A DNA stretch of 64,000 bases from Gemmatimonadota bacterium (GCA_039588295.1 JBDHAB010000008.1:1-64000), one strand, 5' to 3'. Counted from the stretch's first letter, positions 1-11,484 are shown. Made by a program: numbers and translations. The notes: generated by a model from the sequence alone, not told the origin.

Positions 1-114
1 AAGATGACGATTACGTTGATCACGCCGATCGCGATGGAGGAGGGGTTGCGGTTTGCGATTCGCGAGGGCGGCCGCACCGTCGGCGCCGGCGTGGTCACCA
101 ACATCCTGCAATAG
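1..114 (+). CDS. tuf: Elongation factor Tu, C-terminal fragment (5' truncated by window)
   Basis: Frame 1 reads [37 protein letters not shown], the EF-Tu C-terminal signature; directly upstream of rpsJ. Confidence 0.97.
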   Translation, partial: KMTITLITPIAMEEGLRFAIREGGRTVGAGVVTNILQ

Positions 115-172
115 GAACGCACCGCCGGATCGGTCGTTCGACGGTACACACTGAGAGCTAGAGGCGCACGTC

Positions 173-481
173 ATGGCAGGACAGATACGCATCCGACTCA
201 AGGCGTTCGATCATGTGGTGCTGGACCAGGCCGCGGCGGATATCGTGCGTACGGTCGAAAAAACCGGCGCTTCCGTGTCCGGTCCGATTCCGTTGCCGAC
301 CAAGACGCAACGGTGGACGGTGCTGCGAAGCCCTCATGTCGACAAAAAGAGTCGCGAGCAGTTCGAGCTGAAGACGCACAAGCGTCTCATCGAGATTGTC
401 GAGTCGCGTGCGCAAACGGTCGACGCGCTGACGAAGCTCGACCTGCCGGCGGGCGTAGACGTCGAGATCAAGGTCGGATAG
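173..481 (+). CDS. rpsJ: 30S ribosomal protein S10
   Basis: [10 protein letters not shown]...[15 protein letters not shown] motifs. Confidence 0.99.
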   Translation: MAGQIRIRLKAFDHVVLDQAAADIVRTVEKTGASVSGPIPLPTKTQRWTVLRSPHVDKKSREQFELKTHKRLIEIVESRAQTVDALTKLDLPAGVDVEIKVG

Positions 482-483
482 CG

Positions 484-1128
484 ATGAATGGATTGATTGG
501 CCGCAAGCTGGGCATGACCAGAGTCTATGATGACGATGGGCGGGTAATTCCGGTCACGGTCATTGAGGCCGGTCCGTGTCCGGTGGTGCAGGTCAAGACG
601 GAACATGGGAAACCGCCGGTGGTGCAGCTGGGGTTTGGGGCACGGAAGGCCAAGCGGACCACGAAGGCGCTGGCGGGGCACGCCGCGAAGGCGGCACTCG
701 AGGCTGCGCCGGCGGTGCTGCGTGACTTTCGCTTGCCCACGGGCACCGAGCAGGCCCCCAACCTCGGCGACGTCGTGACCGTTTCCATTTTTGCGCCGGG
801 CGAAGCGATCAAGGTCACGGGCACCACACGGGGGAAAGGCTTTCAGGGTGTCGTCAAGCGCTACGGGTTCGCTGGTGGTCCGTCGACGCACGGTAGCACG
901 CGCCGCCGCAAGCCGGGAAGCATGGGTCCGGGAACGGATCCGTCGCGCGTGATCAAGGGCAAGAAGCTCCCGGGACAGACCGGCAACGTCCGGTTCACCG
1001 AGTTGGGGCTTGCGGTCGTTCGTGTGGACGAGGAGCGCAACCTGTTGTTCGTACGCGGTGCCGTGCCCGGGCCGCGTCGTGGGATCGTGCTCGTTCGCAA
1101 ACAGGGAGGCCGGGGTCGCTATGCTTGA
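484..1128 (+). CDS. rplC: 50S ribosomal protein L3
   Basis: [12 protein letters not shown] start at ATG 484; [10 protein letters not shown]; operon order. Confidence 0.98.
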   Translation: MNGLIGRKLGMTRVYDDDGRVIPVTVIEAGPCPVVQVKTEHGKPPVVQLGFGARKAKRTTKALAGHAAKAALEAAPAVLRDFRLPTGTEQAPNLGDVVTVSIFAPGEAIKVTGTTRGKGFQGVVKRYGFAGGPSTHGSTRRRKPGSMGPGTDPSRVIKGKKLPGQTGNVRFTELGLAVVRVDEERNLLFVRGAVPGPRRGIVLVRKQGGRGRYA

Positions 1129-1930
1129 GGCGCAGTTATACACGGCCGGCGCGGAACCCAAGGGGACCTACGCGCTTCCGAACGAGTTTGACGGACAAGT
1201 GCACGAGACCGCGCTGTATTACGCTGTCCGCGCGTATCTGGCCAACCAACGCCACGGGACCCATTCGACGAAGACGCGCAGCGAGGTGTCCGGGGGGGGT
1301 CGGAAGCCGTGGCGCCAGAAGGGAACGGGTCGGGCGCGCCAAGGAACGATTCGCGCGGCGCAGTGGACGGGGGGCGGCATTGTGTTCGGGCCGAGACCGC
1401 GAAGCTACCGCACGGACCTTCCGCGCAAGCTCAAGCGGTTGGCGCGGCAGTCGGCGTTGAACGCTCGAGCGAACGAGGGTGCGGTGTTCGTGATCGAGTC
1501 GCTCGCTTTCGAGCAGCCCAAGACCAAACAGATGGCCGAGCTCGTGGGCAAGCTGGGTTTGGAGGGTCGCAAGGTGCTGGTGCTGACCGCGGAGGCGCGC
1601 CCGCCGGTCTATCTCTCCAGCCGCAATCTCCGCGACGTGCATGTCATACCGTATGCCGACGCGTCGCCGTACGAGCTGCTGTGGTCCGATGCCGTGGTCA
1701 TCGAGGAGGGCGCGATCGGAGGGCATGAGATCAAAGGCGCGATCGCCAAACCCAGTCGACGGACGACGGGCACCCGGAAGGCAGCCAAGCCCGGGACGAA
1801 AAAGAAGAGCGCTGGCCGCGCCATGACGAAGAAGCGAAGCACGGCCAAGAAGGCGTCAAAGACGACCAAGAAGACCGCGCGCACGAAGGCCGCGACGTCC
1901 GGCAAGCGGAAGGGTGGCGGCAATGCCTGA
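1121..1930 (+). CDS. rplD: 50S ribosomal protein L4 with Lys-rich C-terminal extension
   Basis: [26 protein letters not shown] motif; ATG 1121 overlaps rplC stop. Confidence 0.97.
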   Translation: MLEAQLYTAGAEPKGTYALPNEFDGQVHETALYYAVRAYLANQRHGTHSTKTRSEVSGGGRKPWRQKGTGRARQGTIRAAQWTGGGIVFGPRPRSYRTDLPRKLKRLARQSALNARANEGAVFVIESLAFEQPKTKQMAELVGKLGLEGRKVLVLTAEARPPVYLSSRNLRDVHVIPYADASPYELLWSDAVVIEEGAIGGHEIKGAIAKPSRRTTGTRKAAKPGTKKKSAGRAMTKKRSTAKKASKTTKKTARTKAATSGKRKGGGNA

Positions 1931-2210
1931 TCGCTATCGCACGGTGGTGCGCCCGGTCGTGACGGAGAAATCGTCGGCGATGTATGCCGCGCTGCGCGAA
2001 TACACATTTGAGGCGGACCCGCGCGCGACGAAACAACAGATTCGCGAGGCGATCGAGTCGCTATTCGGAGTGACGGTGACGAGGGTGCGGACGCTACAGC
2101 AGCCAGCGAAGCGCCGGACGCGGGGCCGCAGCGTGGGACGGCGCCCCCGCTGGAAGAAGGCACTGATCCGACTCGCTGACGGCGACACGATCGAGATCTT
2201 CGAGGGATAA
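1923..2210 (+). CDS. rplW: 50S ribosomal protein L23
   Basis: RPVVTEKS...WKKALIRL. Confidence 0.97.
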   Translation: MPDRYRTVVRPVVTEKSSAMYAALREYTFEADPRATKQQIREAIESLFGVTVTRVRTLQQPAKRRTRGRSVGRRPRWKKALIRLADGDTIEIFEG

Positions 2211-2214
2211 TTCG

Positions 2215-3054
2215 ATGGGAACGCGACAATACCGTCCTACCAGCCCAGGCGCGCGGTTCCGCTCGGTGAGCGATTTCGCCGAGGTCACCCGTTCCGAGCC
2301 GGAGAAATCGTTGCTGGCGCCCATGGCCAAACGGGGCGGGCGGAACAACAAGGGGCACCAGACGGTGCGACACCGCGGGGGTGGCCACAAGCGCCGCTAC
2401 CGGATCATCGACTTCAAACGCGACAAGGTCGGCGTGCCGGCCCGCGTTGCACAGATCGAGTACGATCCGAACCGGACCGCACGGATTGCGCTCCTGGTCT
2501 ACGCGGATGGCGAGAAGCGGTACATCCTCCATCCCCGGGGGCTCGCGGTCGGCAGCACGGTCGTGTCGGGGTCGGGCAGTGACATCCGAATCGGGAATGC
2601 ACTGCCGCTGCGCGAGATCCCGCTCGGTACCACGGTGCATTGCATTGAGCTGAAACGCGGGAAGGGCGGACAGATGTGCCGCTCCGCGGGCAGCGGCGCG
2701 CAGGTCATGGCCAAGGAAGGGAAGCACGTCGCGCTCAAGCTGCGCAGCGGCGAGGTCAGGCTGGTGCGGGCGGAGTGCGCTGCCACGATCGGTGCGGTCG
2801 GCAACGCCGAGCACGAACTCCTGAGCCTCGGGAAGGCAGGCAAGACCCGTTGGCTCGGGCGCCGTCCGATCGTCCGCGGAGTTGCAATGAACCCGGTTGA
2901 CCATCCGCTTGGCGGTGGTGAGGGGAAAGCGTCGGGCGGGCGACCGCCGGTCACGCCGTGGGGCCGGCCGGAAGGGCGAAAGACTCGCAAGAGGAAGAAG
3001 GCAAGCACCAAGTTGATCCTGCGCGGGCGCAAGCGCGGCAAGGCAACGAAGTAG
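2215..3054 (+). CDS. rplB: 50S ribosomal protein L2
   Basis: [31 protein letters not shown]. Confidence 0.99.
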   Translation: MGTRQYRPTSPGARFRSVSDFAEVTRSEPEKSLLAPMAKRGGRNNKGHQTVRHRGGGHKRRYRIIDFKRDKVGVPARVAQIEYDPNRTARIALLVYADGEKRYILHPRGLAVGSTVVSGSGSDIRIGNALPLREIPLGTTVHCIELKRGKGGQMCRSAGSGAQVMAKEGKHVALKLRSGEVRLVRAECAATIGAVGNAEHELLSLGKAGKTRWLGRRPIVRGVAMNPVDHPLGGGEGKASGGRPPVTPWGRPEGRKTRKRKKASTKLILRGRKRGKATK

Positions 3055-3071
3055 AGACGGGCGGAGAGCTC

Positions 3072-3359
3072 ATGCCGAGAAGTGTCAAGAAAGGACCGTA
3101 CATCGAGGCGTCCCTGCAGAAGAAGATCGGGGCGTTGAACGAGGCGAACGAGAAGCGGGTCATCAAGACCTGGTCTCGGGGGTCCACGATCACACCGGAC
3201 TTTGTCGGGCACACGATTGCCGTGCACAACGGGAACAAGTTCATCCCGGTGTACGTCAGCGAGAACATGGTGGGGCACAAGCTCGGTGAGTTCGCCCCGA
3301 CGCGCCTGTTCCGGGGCCATTCAGGTAGGCAGGCCGCGGACAAGAAGGCGGCCACGTAG
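3072..3359 (+). CDS. rpsS: 30S ribosomal protein S19
   Basis: [10 protein letters not shown]...[11 protein letters not shown]. Confidence 0.98.
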   Translation: MPRSVKKGPYIEASLQKKIGALNEANEKRVIKTWSRGSTITPDFVGHTIAVHNGNKFIPVYVSENMVGHKLGEFAPTRLFRGHSGRQAADKKAAT

Positions 3360-3378
3360 CCGCGGGGAGCGCGAGAAG

Positions 3379-3738
3379 ATGGCAGCGAAGGCAATTCAGC
3401 GTTGGGTGCGTCAGTCACCGCGGAAGATGCGATTGGTCATCGATGAGATCCGCGGCAAGGACGTGAACGAAGCCTATGCGCTACTGAAGTTCTCGAAGAA
3501 AGGAGCGGCGCGGCAGATCGAGAAGGTGCTGCGATCGGCCGTCGCCAACGCGGAACAGACGGCGCTACGCGGGAACGAAGCATTCGACGTGGACCGTCTC
3601 TACGTCTCATACGCCGTTGTCAACGAGGGCCCGACGTTGTGGCGCTATCGAGCTGCGGCGTTAGGGCGGGCGGCGCCGATTCGCAAACGGACGAGTCACG
3701 TCGAAGTGCACGTCCGTGCGAAGGAGGAGAAGGAGTAG
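3379..3738 (+). CDS. rplV: 50S ribosomal protein L22
   Basis: [12 protein letters not shown]...RKRTSH. Confidence 0.98.
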   Translation: MAAKAIQRWVRQSPRKMRLVIDEIRGKDVNEAYALLKFSKKGAARQIEKVLRSAVANAEQTALRGNEAFDVDRLYVSYAVVNEGPTLWRYRAAALGRAAPIRKRTSHVEVHVRAKEEKE

Positions 3739-4397
3739 TGGGGCAGAAAACGCATCCATACGGATTTCGGCTCGGCATCGTGAAGCCCTGGCGCTCCCGC
3801 TGGTTCGCGGGGGCCGACTTCCCGGCGTTCCTCAAGGAAGACGAGCTGATTCGGAAGTACCTGAAGACGCGACTCGCGCACGCAGCGGTGTCCGACGTGC
3901 ACATCGAGCGGAAACCCGGAAAGGTGACGGTTACGATCTTCACCGGGCGTCCCGGCGTGGTCATCGGCAAGCGAGGGGCGGAAGTCGACAAGCTCCGCGA
4001 CGAGCTGGCGCAGCTCACCGGCAACGAAGTGGGGATCAACGTCGAGGAGATCAAGCGTCCTGAGCTGGATGCGCAGCTCGTGGCCGACAACGTGGCCCAC
4101 CAGCTGGTCCAACGGGTCTCCTTCCGCCGCGCCATGAAGCGCGCCGTGCAGAACGCGATGCGCATGGGCGCGCAGGGGATCAAGATTCGGACGGCCGGAC
4201 GCCTCGGCGGTGCCGAGATCGCCCGTTCGGAGGGGTATCACGAGGGGCGCGTGCCGCTGCATACGCTGCGGGCGGACGTCGACTATGGCGTCACGACGGC
4301 GAAGGCTCCCTATGGGACGATCGGGATCAAGGTGTGGATCTTCAAGGGCGAAGTCGTGGACGAGCGGCGGGGCCGGACATACAGCACGGGGGCGTGA
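3738..4397 (+). CDS. rpsC: 30S ribosomal protein S3
   Basis: [26 protein letters not shown]. Confidence 0.98.
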   Translation: MGQKTHPYGFRLGIVKPWRSRWFAGADFPAFLKEDELIRKYLKTRLAHAAVSDVHIERKPGKVTVTIFTGRPGVVIGKRGAEVDKLRDELAQLTGNEVGINVEEIKRPELDAQLVADNVAHQLVQRVSFRRAMKRAVQNAMRMGAQGIKIRTAGRLGGAEIARSEGYHEGRVPLHTLRADVDYGVTTAKAPYGTIGIKVWIFKGEVVDERRGRTYSTGA

Positions 4398-4400
4398 GCG

Positions 4401-4814
4401 ATGTTGACGCCGAAGCGAGTCAAGTATCGCAAACAGATGAAGGGCCGGACCAGGGGACTTGCGCACCGCGGCAACACGGTTGCGTTCGGTCGCTTCGGCC
4501 TCATGACGCTCGATCCCGGCTGGATTTCCAGTCGGCAAATCGAAGCGGCGCGGGTCGCGATGACTCGCGCGATGAAGCGTGGCGGCAAGATCTGGATTCG
4601 GATCTTTCCCGACAAGCCGATCACGAAGAAGCCGGCGGAGACCCGCATGGGGAAGGGAAAAGGCAATCCCGAAGCATGGGTCGCGGTCGTGAAGCCTGGT
4701 CGTGTGATGTTCGAGCTGGAAGGCGTGTCGGAAGAAATCGCGCGAGAGGCGCTGACCCTAGCCGCCGCCAAACTTCCGGTCACCACACGAATGATCACCC
4801 GGGAGGACGGGTAG
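4401..4814 (+). CDS. rplP: 50S ribosomal protein L16
   Basis: [12 protein letters not shown]...RMGKGKG. Confidence 0.99.
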   Translation: MLTPKRVKYRKQMKGRTRGLAHRGNTVAFGRFGLMTLDPGWISSRQIEAARVAMTRAMKRGGKIWIRIFPDKPITKKPAETRMGKGKGNPEAWVAVVKPGRVMFELEGVSEEIAREALTLAAAKLPVTTRMITREDG

Positions 4815-4818
4815 CGGT

Positions 4819-5040
4819 ATGGCACTGAAGGACGCCGAGTTGAAGCGGCTCAGCATGGAACAGCTGCGGGAGCTGAGCTCCGAGGAGCTCGAACTTGAAG
4901 TGTCGCGCCTGCGAGAGGCACGGTTTCGCCTCAAGTTCCGGTCGGCGACCGAAGCGATTGAGAATCCGAGTCAGTTCCGGGTACTCCGCCGCAATATTGC
5001 GCGGATGGAGACGGTACTGCGCGAGAGGAAATCGGCATGA
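4819..5040 (+). CDS. rpmC: 50S ribosomal protein L29
   Basis: LRELSSEEL...[13 protein letters not shown]; operon order. Confidence 0.96.
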   Translation: MALKDAELKRLSMEQLRELSSEELELEVSRLREARFRLKFRSATEAIENPSQFRVLRRNIARMETVLRERKSA

Positions 5041-5303
5041 CTCAGGAAGCACCAGCGCGCCCACGCCGCAAGGCACGTACGGGGGTGGTCGTGAGCGACA
5101 AGATGGAGAAGACGGTCGTCGTCGCGCTCACCCGGCAGTTTGCGCACCCCTTATATGGCAAGCGGTTGACGCGTACCAAGCGTGTGACGGCGCACGACGA
5201 GCACGGGGCGGCCACGGGCGACACGGTTCGTGTCGTGGAGACGCGGCCGCTCTCGAAGACGAAACGCTGGCGAGTGGTTGAGATTCTCACTCGAGCGAAG
5301 TAA
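5037..5303 (+). CDS. rpsQ: 30S ribosomal protein S17
   Basis: [14 protein letters not shown]...[11 protein letters not shown]. Confidence 0.98.
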   Translation: MTQEAPARPRRKARTGVVVSDKMEKTVVVALTRQFAHPLYGKRLTRTKRVTAHDEHGAATGDTVRVVETRPLSKTKRWRVVEILTRAK

Positions 5304-5314
5304 GTGAGGCAGCT

Positions 5315-5683
5315 GTGGTACAGCAAGAATCGATTATCAGGATCGCGGACAACTCCGGAGCCCGAAAGGCGCTCGTGATCCGCGTACTGGGAGGCAGTAG
5401 GCGCCGGTATGCTGGAATGGGGGACATCGTGGTTGTGGCGATCAAAGACGCGTTGCCCACTGGGCAGGTCAAGAAAGGTGACGTCGCCAAGGCAGTCATC
5501 GTGCGGACGGCGAAGGAGACCCGACGACGGGATGGCTCGTACATCCGGTTCGATGACAACGCCGCGGTGCTCATCACCGACGCGCGCGAACCTCGGGCGA
5601 CCCGCATTTTCGGGCCCGTAGGCCGAGAGCTGCGTGAGAAGCGGTTTATGAAGATCGTTTCGCTCGCGCCGGAGGTGCTCTAG
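5315..5683 (+). CDS. rplN: 50S ribosomal protein L14
   Basis: ADNSGA...IRFDDNAAV...LAPEVL. Confidence 0.99.
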   Translation: MVQQESIIRIADNSGARKALVIRVLGGSRRRYAGMGDIVVVAIKDALPTGQVKKGDVAKAVIVRTAKETRRRDGSYIRFDDNAAVLITDAREPRATRIFGPVGRELREKRFMKIVSLAPEVL

Positions 5684-6067
5684 ATGAAGCGGTTGGTGTA
5701 CGAGAAGTCCAAGCGCCGGAAGCGCAACACCAGGGTCGCGTCGCAGAAGATGCACATCGCGAAGGGCGATCGGGTGCGCGTCATCCGCGGCGATGAGAAG
5801 GGTGCCGAAGGCACAGTGATCCGAGTCTTGCCTCGGAAGGCTCAGGTCGTGGTAGATGGCGTAAACATTGTGAGCAAGCACCGTCGAGCGACGCAGACGG
5901 AGGAAGGCGGCATCATCAAGTTCCCGGCGCCGATTCACGCGTCGAACGTCATGCTGCTGGATCCCAAGTCGGGCGACCCGACCCGCGTCCGACGGAAGAA
6001 GGACAAGGACGGAACAGTGGAGCGGCTGAGTGTGCAATCTGGTCGGCCGATTCCCAGAAACCGATAG
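5684..6067 (+). CDS. rplX: 50S ribosomal protein L24 (basic N-terminal extension)
   Basis: KGDRVRVIRG KOW motif; APIHASNV. Confidence 0.96.
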   Translation: MKRLVYEKSKRRKRNTRVASQKMHIAKGDRVRVIRGDEKGAEGTVIRVLPRKAQVVVDGVNIVSKHRRATQTEEGGIIKFPAPIHASNVMLLDPKSGDPTRVRRKKDKDGTVERLSVQSGRPIPRNR

Positions 6068-6076
6068 GCGAGACGG

Positions 6077-6703
6077 ATGGCGGAGAAGAAGAAGACGGAT
6101 AAGCAGCGCGAGGAACAGGGCGAGCCCCTGGCCCCGGCGCCACCGCCGCGGATGCGGGAGCACTATCAGCATCAAGTGCGCCCGAAGCTGATGCAGGAAT
6201 TCGGCTTCGCGAACCAGCATCAGCTGCCGCGACTCACCAAGATCGTGCTGAACGTCGGCGTTGGGGAAGCGCCGAAGAACCCGAAGTTGCTGGACGCCAT
6301 CGTCGACGAGCTCGCAGTGATCACCGGCCAGCGGCCTGTGGTGACGCGGGCAAAGAAGGCGATTTCGAACTTCTCGCTGCGAGCCGGTATGGCGATCGGG
6401 GCGCGGGTAACCCTGCGCGGCGCGCAGATGTACGAGTTTCTCGATCGCTTCGTCAACGTCGCGGTGCCGAGAATCAGGGACTTCCGCGGATTCCCGATGC
6501 AGTCGTTTGACGGACGTGGCAACTACACGCTCGGCATCAAGGAGCAAATGATCTTCCCTGAAATCGACTACGATAAGGTCGAGAAGATCCACGGGATGGA
6601 TATCACCTTCGTGACGACCGCCGGTCGTGACGATGTTGGAATGGCGTTGCTGCGAGAAATGGGCATGCCGTTCCGTGGACAGACACCAGTGCCGATCGGA
6701 TAA
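6077..6703 (+). CDS. rplE: 50S ribosomal protein L5
   Basis: PRIRDFRG...FDGRGNY...IFPEI. Confidence 0.98.
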   Translation: MAEKKKTDKQREEQGEPLAPAPPPRMREHYQHQVRPKLMQEFGFANQHQLPRLTKIVLNVGVGEAPKNPKLLDAIVDELAVITGQRPVVTRAKKAISNFSLRAGMAIGARVTLRGAQMYEFLDRFVNVAVPRIRDFRGFPMQSFDGRGNYTLGIKEQMIFPEIDYDKVEKIHGMDITFVTTAGRDDVGMALLREMGMPFRGQTPVPIG

Positions 6704-6719
6704 AAGGGAGCGTAGCTGG

Positions 6720-6905
6720 ATGGCAAAGAAGTGTCTCATTGAGAAGGCGAAGCGGACACCGAAGTTCGGTGTGCGAGCCTACCGTCGCTGTCAGCGATGC
6801 GGGCGTAGCCGTGCCTACATCAGAAGGTTCGGTGTGTGTCGCATCTGCTTCCGTGAACTGGCGCTCCGGGGTGAGGTCCCCGGGGTGCGGAAGGCGAGTT
6901 GGTGA
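6720..6905 (+). CDS. rpsN: 30S ribosomal protein S14, short zinc-binding (type Z) form
   Basis: 61 aa, RCQRCGR...VCRICFRE CxxC pairs. Confidence 0.97.
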   Translation: MAKKCLIEKAKRTPKFGVRAYRRCQRCGRSRAYIRRFGVCRICFRELALRGEVPGVRKASW

Positions 6906-6906
6906 G

Positions 6907-7296
6907 ATGAACGATCCAGTCGCCGATATGCTGACGCGAATCCGCAATGCCTGCCAGGCGGGTCACCGCCGGGTGGACATTCCGGTGTCGAAGCTCAAGA
7001 CGGAGATCGCACGCCTCCTGCGGGACAACCGGTACATCCAAGACTACGCGGTCTTGGACGACGGGCGCCACGGGGTGTTGCGCATCTACCTGAAGTATCA
7101 GGGCGAGTTTCCAGTCATCCGGGAGCTGCAGCGGGTATCGAAGCCAGGACTGCGCCGGTACGTCAAGGCGCGTGAGATTCCCCGTGTGAAGAACGGCCTC
7201 GGAATGGCGATTCTCTCGACGCCGCGGGGGCTGATGAGCGATCGTGACGCGCGCCGCGCGCGTGTCGGCGGTGAGCTCGTCGCCGTTCTCTGGTAA
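6907..7296 (+). CDS. rpsH: 30S ribosomal protein S8
   Basis: DPVADMLTRIRNA...ILSTPRG. Confidence 0.98.
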   Translation: MNDPVADMLTRIRNACQAGHRRVDIPVSKLKTEIARLLRDNRYIQDYAVLDDGRHGVLRIYLKYQGEFPVIRELQRVSKPGLRRYVKAREIPRVKNGLGMAILSTPRGLMSDRDARRARVGGELVAVLW

Positions 7297-7308
7297 GAAA
7301 GGGGAACG

Positions 7309-7845
7309 ATGTCGCGAATCGGCAGGAAACCAGTGGTGGTTCCCAGCGGGGTAACGGTGACGATCGACGGGCATGCCGTCGCCGTGAAGGGGCCCAAAGG
7401 CGAGTTGCAGCGAACGCTTTCCGCCGAAATGCGGGTGACGCTCGACGACGGAGAAGTCCGCGTAGAGCGGCCGTCCGATGCCGGACGGCACCGTGCGCTG
7501 CACGGCCTCACGCGCTCACTCGTGCAGAACATGGTCGCGGGCGTCACCGACGGTTTCTCCAAGCGGTTGGAGATTCACGGCGTAGGCTACAAGGCCGAGT
7601 CGCTCCCCACCGGCGTGCGACTCGTCGTAGGGTATTCGCACCCCGTGGAGTATGCGGCCCCGACCGGTATCACGATCACCGTGGAGAGCCCGACGCTCCT
7701 GAGAATCGAAGGGATTGATAAGGAACTCGTCGGGCAGGTGGCCTCTGAGTTACGGCGGGTTCGTCCGCCCGAGCCCTACAAGGGCAAGGGTATCCGCTAC
7801 GTCGGAGAACAGGTCCGCCGCAAAGCCGGGAAGACGGGAGGGTAA
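7309..7845 (+). CDS. rplF: 50S ribosomal protein L6
   Basis: MSRIGRKPV...[13 protein letters not shown]. Confidence 0.99.
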   Translation: MSRIGRKPVVVPSGVTVTIDGHAVAVKGPKGELQRTLSAEMRVTLDDGEVRVERPSDAGRHRALHGLTRSLVQNMVAGVTDGFSKRLEIHGVGYKAESLPTGVRLVVGYSHPVEYAAPTGITITVESPTLLRIEGIDKELVGQVASELRRVRPPEPYKGKGIRYVGEQVRRKAGKTGG

Positions 7846-7846
7846 C

Positions 7847-8218
7847 ATGAGGCTCACACGGAGACCAAGGACTCGGCAAGAGCGGCGTGCTCGACGCCAC
7901 CTGCGGGTGCGACGGAAGATACAAGGGACGGCAGAACGGCCTCGGTTGGTCGTGTTTCGCTCATTGAAACACGTCTATGCTCAGCTCGTGGATGACGATC
8001 GGGCCGCAACGCTGGCGTCCGCTAGCGATCGTACGGCAGGCCTGCAGCCCACCGGGACAGGAAAGGTGGGTATCGCGTTCGGCGTCGGGAAACTCCTGGC
8101 GACCCGAGCGAAAGAGAATGGGATCACGCGCGTCGTGTTCGATCGTGGTGGCTACCCGTACCACGGACGGGTAAAGGCCGTCGCCGAAGGCGCACGCGAC
8201 GGCGGACTGGAGTTCTGA
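7847..8218 (+). CDS. rplR: 50S ribosomal protein L18
   Basis: RPRLVVFRS...[13 protein letters not shown]. Confidence 0.98.
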   Translation: MRLTRRPRTRQERRARRHLRVRRKIQGTAERPRLVVFRSLKHVYAQLVDDDRAATLASASDRTAGLQPTGTGKVGIAFGVGKLLATRAKENGITRVVFDRGGYPYHGRVKAVAEGARDGGLEF

Positions 8219-8222
8219 GACG

Positions 8223-8768
8223 ATGGCGCAAGATAAGGATCGAGGGCCGCGCCGCGAGCGCGAGTCTGACCTGGTCGAGAACGTGATCAACATCAGCCGC
8301 GTGGCGAAAGTCGTCAAAGGCGGGCGCCGGTTTTCGTTCACGGCGTTGGCTGCCGTCGGGGACGGGAACGGCCGCGTCGGGGTCGGCACGGGCAAGGCAC
8401 ACGAGGTTTCGGAAGCGGTGCGCAAGGCGGTGGAAGCGGCGCGCCGCGATATGCACGACGTTCCCCGGGAAGGCACGACGATTCCTCACGAGATCGTGGG
8501 AAAGCATGGAGCCGGCAAAGTGCTGCTCAAGCCCGCCACGTCCGGGACCGGAATCATCGCGGGCGGTCCCGTGCGGTCCGTCCTCGAGTGTGCGGGAATT
8601 ACTGACATCCTGACCAAGTCGCTGGGATCGGCCAATCCGCACAACATGGTGTGGGCCACGATGCACGGATTGAAGAGCCTGGTCACGGTGCAACAGGTCG
8701 CGAACGAACGGGGTACGGAGCCATCGGAGATCGACTACCGGCCGCGGCAGGAGGTGCCGCATGCCTAA
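8223..8768 (+). CDS. rpsE: 30S ribosomal protein S5
   Basis: [14 protein letters not shown]. Confidence 0.99.
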   Translation: MAQDKDRGPRRERESDLVENVINISRVAKVVKGGRRFSFTALAAVGDGNGRVGVGTGKAHEVSEAVRKAVEAARRDMHDVPREGTTIPHEIVGKHGAGKVLLKPATSGTGIIAGGPVRSVLECAGITDILTKSLGSANPHNMVWATMHGLKSLVTVQQVANERGTEPSEIDYRPRQEVPHA

Positions 8769-9075
8769 AAAGGCTGCCGGCACCACGGCGAAACGGTCGA
8801 CCAAGACCACGAAGAAGACAACGACCCGCAAGCGTGCGACCGAGTCAGCCGAAGCGCCGGCCACGGCGCGTGGGAGGAAGCCCAAGACCGCTTCCGCCCT
8901 CCGCGTTCGCCAGGTTCGTTCTGGGTTGGGGCATGCGGCAACCTATCGCCGGACGCTCCGCGCGCTCGGTTTGAAACACCATCAGGATGAAGTCGTGCTC
9001 CCGGACAACCCGTCCGTGCGGGGCATGGTGCACAAGGTGCGGCATCTCGTGCGTGTCGCCCCCGAGGAGGCGTGA
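8761..9075 (+). CDS. rpmD: 50S ribosomal protein L30 with Lys/Thr-rich N-terminal extension
   Basis: LRVRQVRS...TLRALGL...[14 protein letters not shown] overlaps rpsE end after GGAGG. Confidence 0.93.
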   Translation: MPKKAAGTTAKRSTKTTKKTTTRKRATESAEAPATARGRKPKTASALRVRQVRSGLGHAATYRRTLRALGLKHHQDEVVLPDNPSVRGMVHKVRHLVRVAPEEA

Positions 9076-9527
9076 TGGCACCGAAGTCGAAGCTGGGGCT
9101 GCATAACCTTCCGGCACCCAAAGGGGCCCGCAAGGCACCGAAGCGCAAGGGTCGGGGACCGGGATCGGGGCTCGGGAAGACGGCCGGCCGAGGTCACAAG
9201 GGCCAGGGCTCCCGGGCCAGCGGAAACGTCCGCCCGGATTTCGAGGGTGGGCAGATGCCGCTCATCCGCCGAGTGCCGAAGCGAGGGTTCACGAACCCGT
9301 TCCGGGTTCCCTCGCAACCGGTCAATCTCCGCGATCTTGCCAAGGCACCGTCCGAGACCATCACACCGACAGTGTTGGCCGAGCTCGGGCTGGTCGGGCG
9401 GGCTGACGCACCGGTGAAGATCCTCGCCATGGGCGAGGCCACACGGCCATACGTCGTGCAGGGGTGCGCGGTCTCGAAGGCGGCGCAGTCCAAGATCGAA
9501 CACGCGGGCGGACGAGTCGAGGCGTAG
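9072..9527 (+). CDS. rplO: 50S ribosomal protein L15
   Basis: GRGPGSGLGKTAGRGHKGQ...FEGGQMPL (start 9072 GTG or 9075 ATG). Confidence 0.98.
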   Translation: MMAPKSKLGLHNLPAPKGARKAPKRKGRGPGSGLGKTAGRGHKGQGSRASGNVRPDFEGGQMPLIRRVPKRGFTNPFRVPSQPVNLRDLAKAPSETITPTVLAELGLVGRADAPVKILAMGEATRPYVVQGCAVSKAAQSKIEHAGGRVEA

Positions 9528-9531
9528 CCCC

Positions 9532-10845
9532 ATGTCGATGCCCCGCATCCCCAACCTCTTTGCCGTACCGGAGCTTAAGGAGAAGCTGCTCTTTACGCTG
9601 CTGTGCCTGGTCATCTATCGGGGGGGGGCCCACATCGCTACACCGGGCGTCGACGTTCAGGTCTTGGCTGACTTCATCCGCAACCAGGGCGCGGGGACCT
9701 TGTTCGGCGTCTACGACATGTTTGTCGGGGGTGGACTGTCGCGTGCGACCATCCTGGCGCTGGGGATCATGCCGTACATCTCAGCGTCGATCATGTTCCA
9801 GCTCGCCGGTTCGGTGTTCCCCTACGTCGACAAGCTGCAGAAAGAGGAGGAAGGTCGGAAGAAGATCACGCAATGGACCCGCTATGCCACCGTGATCCTC
9901 TCGATCTTCCAGGCATATGCGTTCGGGGTGTTCGCCGAGCAACAGGGTGCCGTGCCGAATCCGGGCATAGGATTCCGGATGGTGACGGTGCTCACGCTGA
10001 CCACCGGTGCGGTCTTCGTCATGTGGCTCGGTGAGCGCATTACGGAGCGTGGGGTTGGCAACGGGATGAGCCTCCTCATCTTCTTCTCGATCATGGAAGG
10101 GTTCCTACCGGGGACGGCACTGACGTTGCAGTTCCTCAACACCGGCGTGATCTCGGTGCAAGCCCTCGTGATCCTGCTCGCTGTCATGCTCGCGGTGATC
10201 GCCGGCGTGATCGCGGTGACCGTCGCGGCCCGGCGAATTCCCATTCAAATCCCCCGCAAGGTGATGGGCCGCGGTCGGATCCGGGAGGGGCAGAAGACGT
10301 TTATTCCCATCCGCATCAACTCTGCGGGCGTGATGCCGATCATCTTCGCCCAATCGATCATCATCGTGCCGGGCACGATCGCCACGTTCAGTAACCTGCC
10401 GGCCCTGCGGGCGATGTCGGAGGCGTTCCGCCCAGGCACGACGGTCTACTATGTGAGTTACGGGCTACTGATCATCTTCTTCACGTACTTCTATACGTCG
10501 ATCATCTTCAACCCGCTGGACATCGCGGAGAATCTGAAGAAGCAAGGTGGGTTCATTCCAGGAGTGAAGCCGGGGGCGGCGACGGCCGACTACATTGACG
10601 AAGTGCTGACTCGCGTGACCCTCCCGGGCTCGTTCTTCTTGACGCTCATTGCGCTGCTCCCGTTTTTCGTGTTCGATACGTTCAACGTTCCCTTCTTCTT
10701 CGGCGGCACGGCGCTGCTGATCGTGGTCGGCGTGGCACTCGATACCTGGATCCAAGTGCAGCAGCACCTGCATCTACGCCACTATGATGACTTCATGAAG
10801 CAGGGTCGGGTGAAGTTCCGCGGGCGGCGGGGACGGTACATGTAA
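9532..10845 (+). CDS. secY: Preprotein translocase subunit SecY
   Basis: ALGIMPYISASI, WLGERITERGVGNG, GGTALLIVVGV. Confidence 0.99.
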   Translation: MSMPRIPNLFAVPELKEKLLFTLLCLVIYRGGAHIATPGVDVQVLADFIRNQGAGTLFGVYDMFVGGGLSRATILALGIMPYISASIMFQLAGSVFPYVDKLQKEEEGRKKITQWTRYATVILSIFQAYAFGVFAEQQGAVPNPGIGFRMVTVLTLTTGAVFVMWLGERITERGVGNGMSLLIFFSIMEGFLPGTALTLQFLNTGVISVQALVILLAVMLAVIAGVIAVTVAARRIPIQIPRKVMGRGRIREGQKTFIPIRINSAGVMPIIFAQSIIIVPGTIATFSNLPALRAMSEAFRPGTTVYYVSYGLLIIFFTYFYTSIIFNPLDIAENLKKQGGFIPGVKPGAATADYIDEVLTRVTLPGSFFLTLIALLPFFVFDTFNVPFFFGGTALLIVVGVALDTWIQVQQHLHLRHYDDFMKQGRVKFRGRRGRYM

Positions 10846-10920
10846 GAGGGTTGTGGCGACGAGGGACCGTCTGAGTTCGTATCTTCGACTCCGCGGAGCG
10901 GTAACCCGAGACACTGGCAC

Positions 10921-11484
10921 ATGAATATCACCTTCATCGGACCCCCGGGCTGCGGCAAAGGCACCCAAGCGGCGTTGCTGTCCCGGCGTACCGGACTCCC
11001 CAGCGTTTCGACGGGCGACCTCCTGCGCGACGCCGTCGCGAGGCGCACTCATCTTGGAATACAGGCGCGTTCCTATATGGACCAAGGCCTTCTCGTTCCC
11101 GATAGCATCATCATGGGACTCATTGAGGAGGTGCTGATGTCACCCGAAGCGCAGGGTGGCATCTTGATGGACGGGTTCCCCAGGACGCCGGCTCAGGCGG
11201 AGGCCGTCGATCGGGCGCTCGGCGCGCGGAACGCCCGCGTCGACGCCGTACTGCGGATCGACGTACCGGAAGACGATCTGGTGCAGCGGCTCGTAGGTCG
11301 GGCCAGGGAACAAGGACGAAGCGACGACACCCCGGAGACCATCCGGCAACGCCTCGCCGTGTACCGGGAACAAACCGCTCCTTTGGTGGCCTACTACGAG
11401 GATCGGGGCGTGGTGCTCGACATACCGGGAACAGGGACGGTCGAGGCGATCGCGGAACGCATTGGCACGGCGCTGGGTCTATGA
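10921..11484 (+). CDS. adk: Adenylate kinase, short-LID type
   Basis: GPPGCGKGTQ P-loop, DGFPR, GRSDD short LID. Confidence 0.97.
   Translation: MNITFIGPPGCGKGTQAALLSRRTGLPSVSTGDLLRDAVARRTHLGIQARSYMDQGLLVPDSIIMGLIEEVLMSPEAQGGILMDGFPRTPAQAEAVDRALGARNARVDAVLRIDVPEDDLVQRLVGRAREQGRSDDTPETIRQRLAVYREQTAPLVAYYEDRGVVLDIPGTGTVEAIAERIGTALGL

Noticed and set aside
5042..6739. 565-aa minus-strand ORF, and similar long antisense ORFs (1609-2904, 14389-15792, 18088-19605, 20652-22118, 46373-47755, 49028-50707, 60521-62140)
   Set aside because: Shadow frames opposite well-conserved genes; expected in high-GC coding DNA and without recognisable motifs
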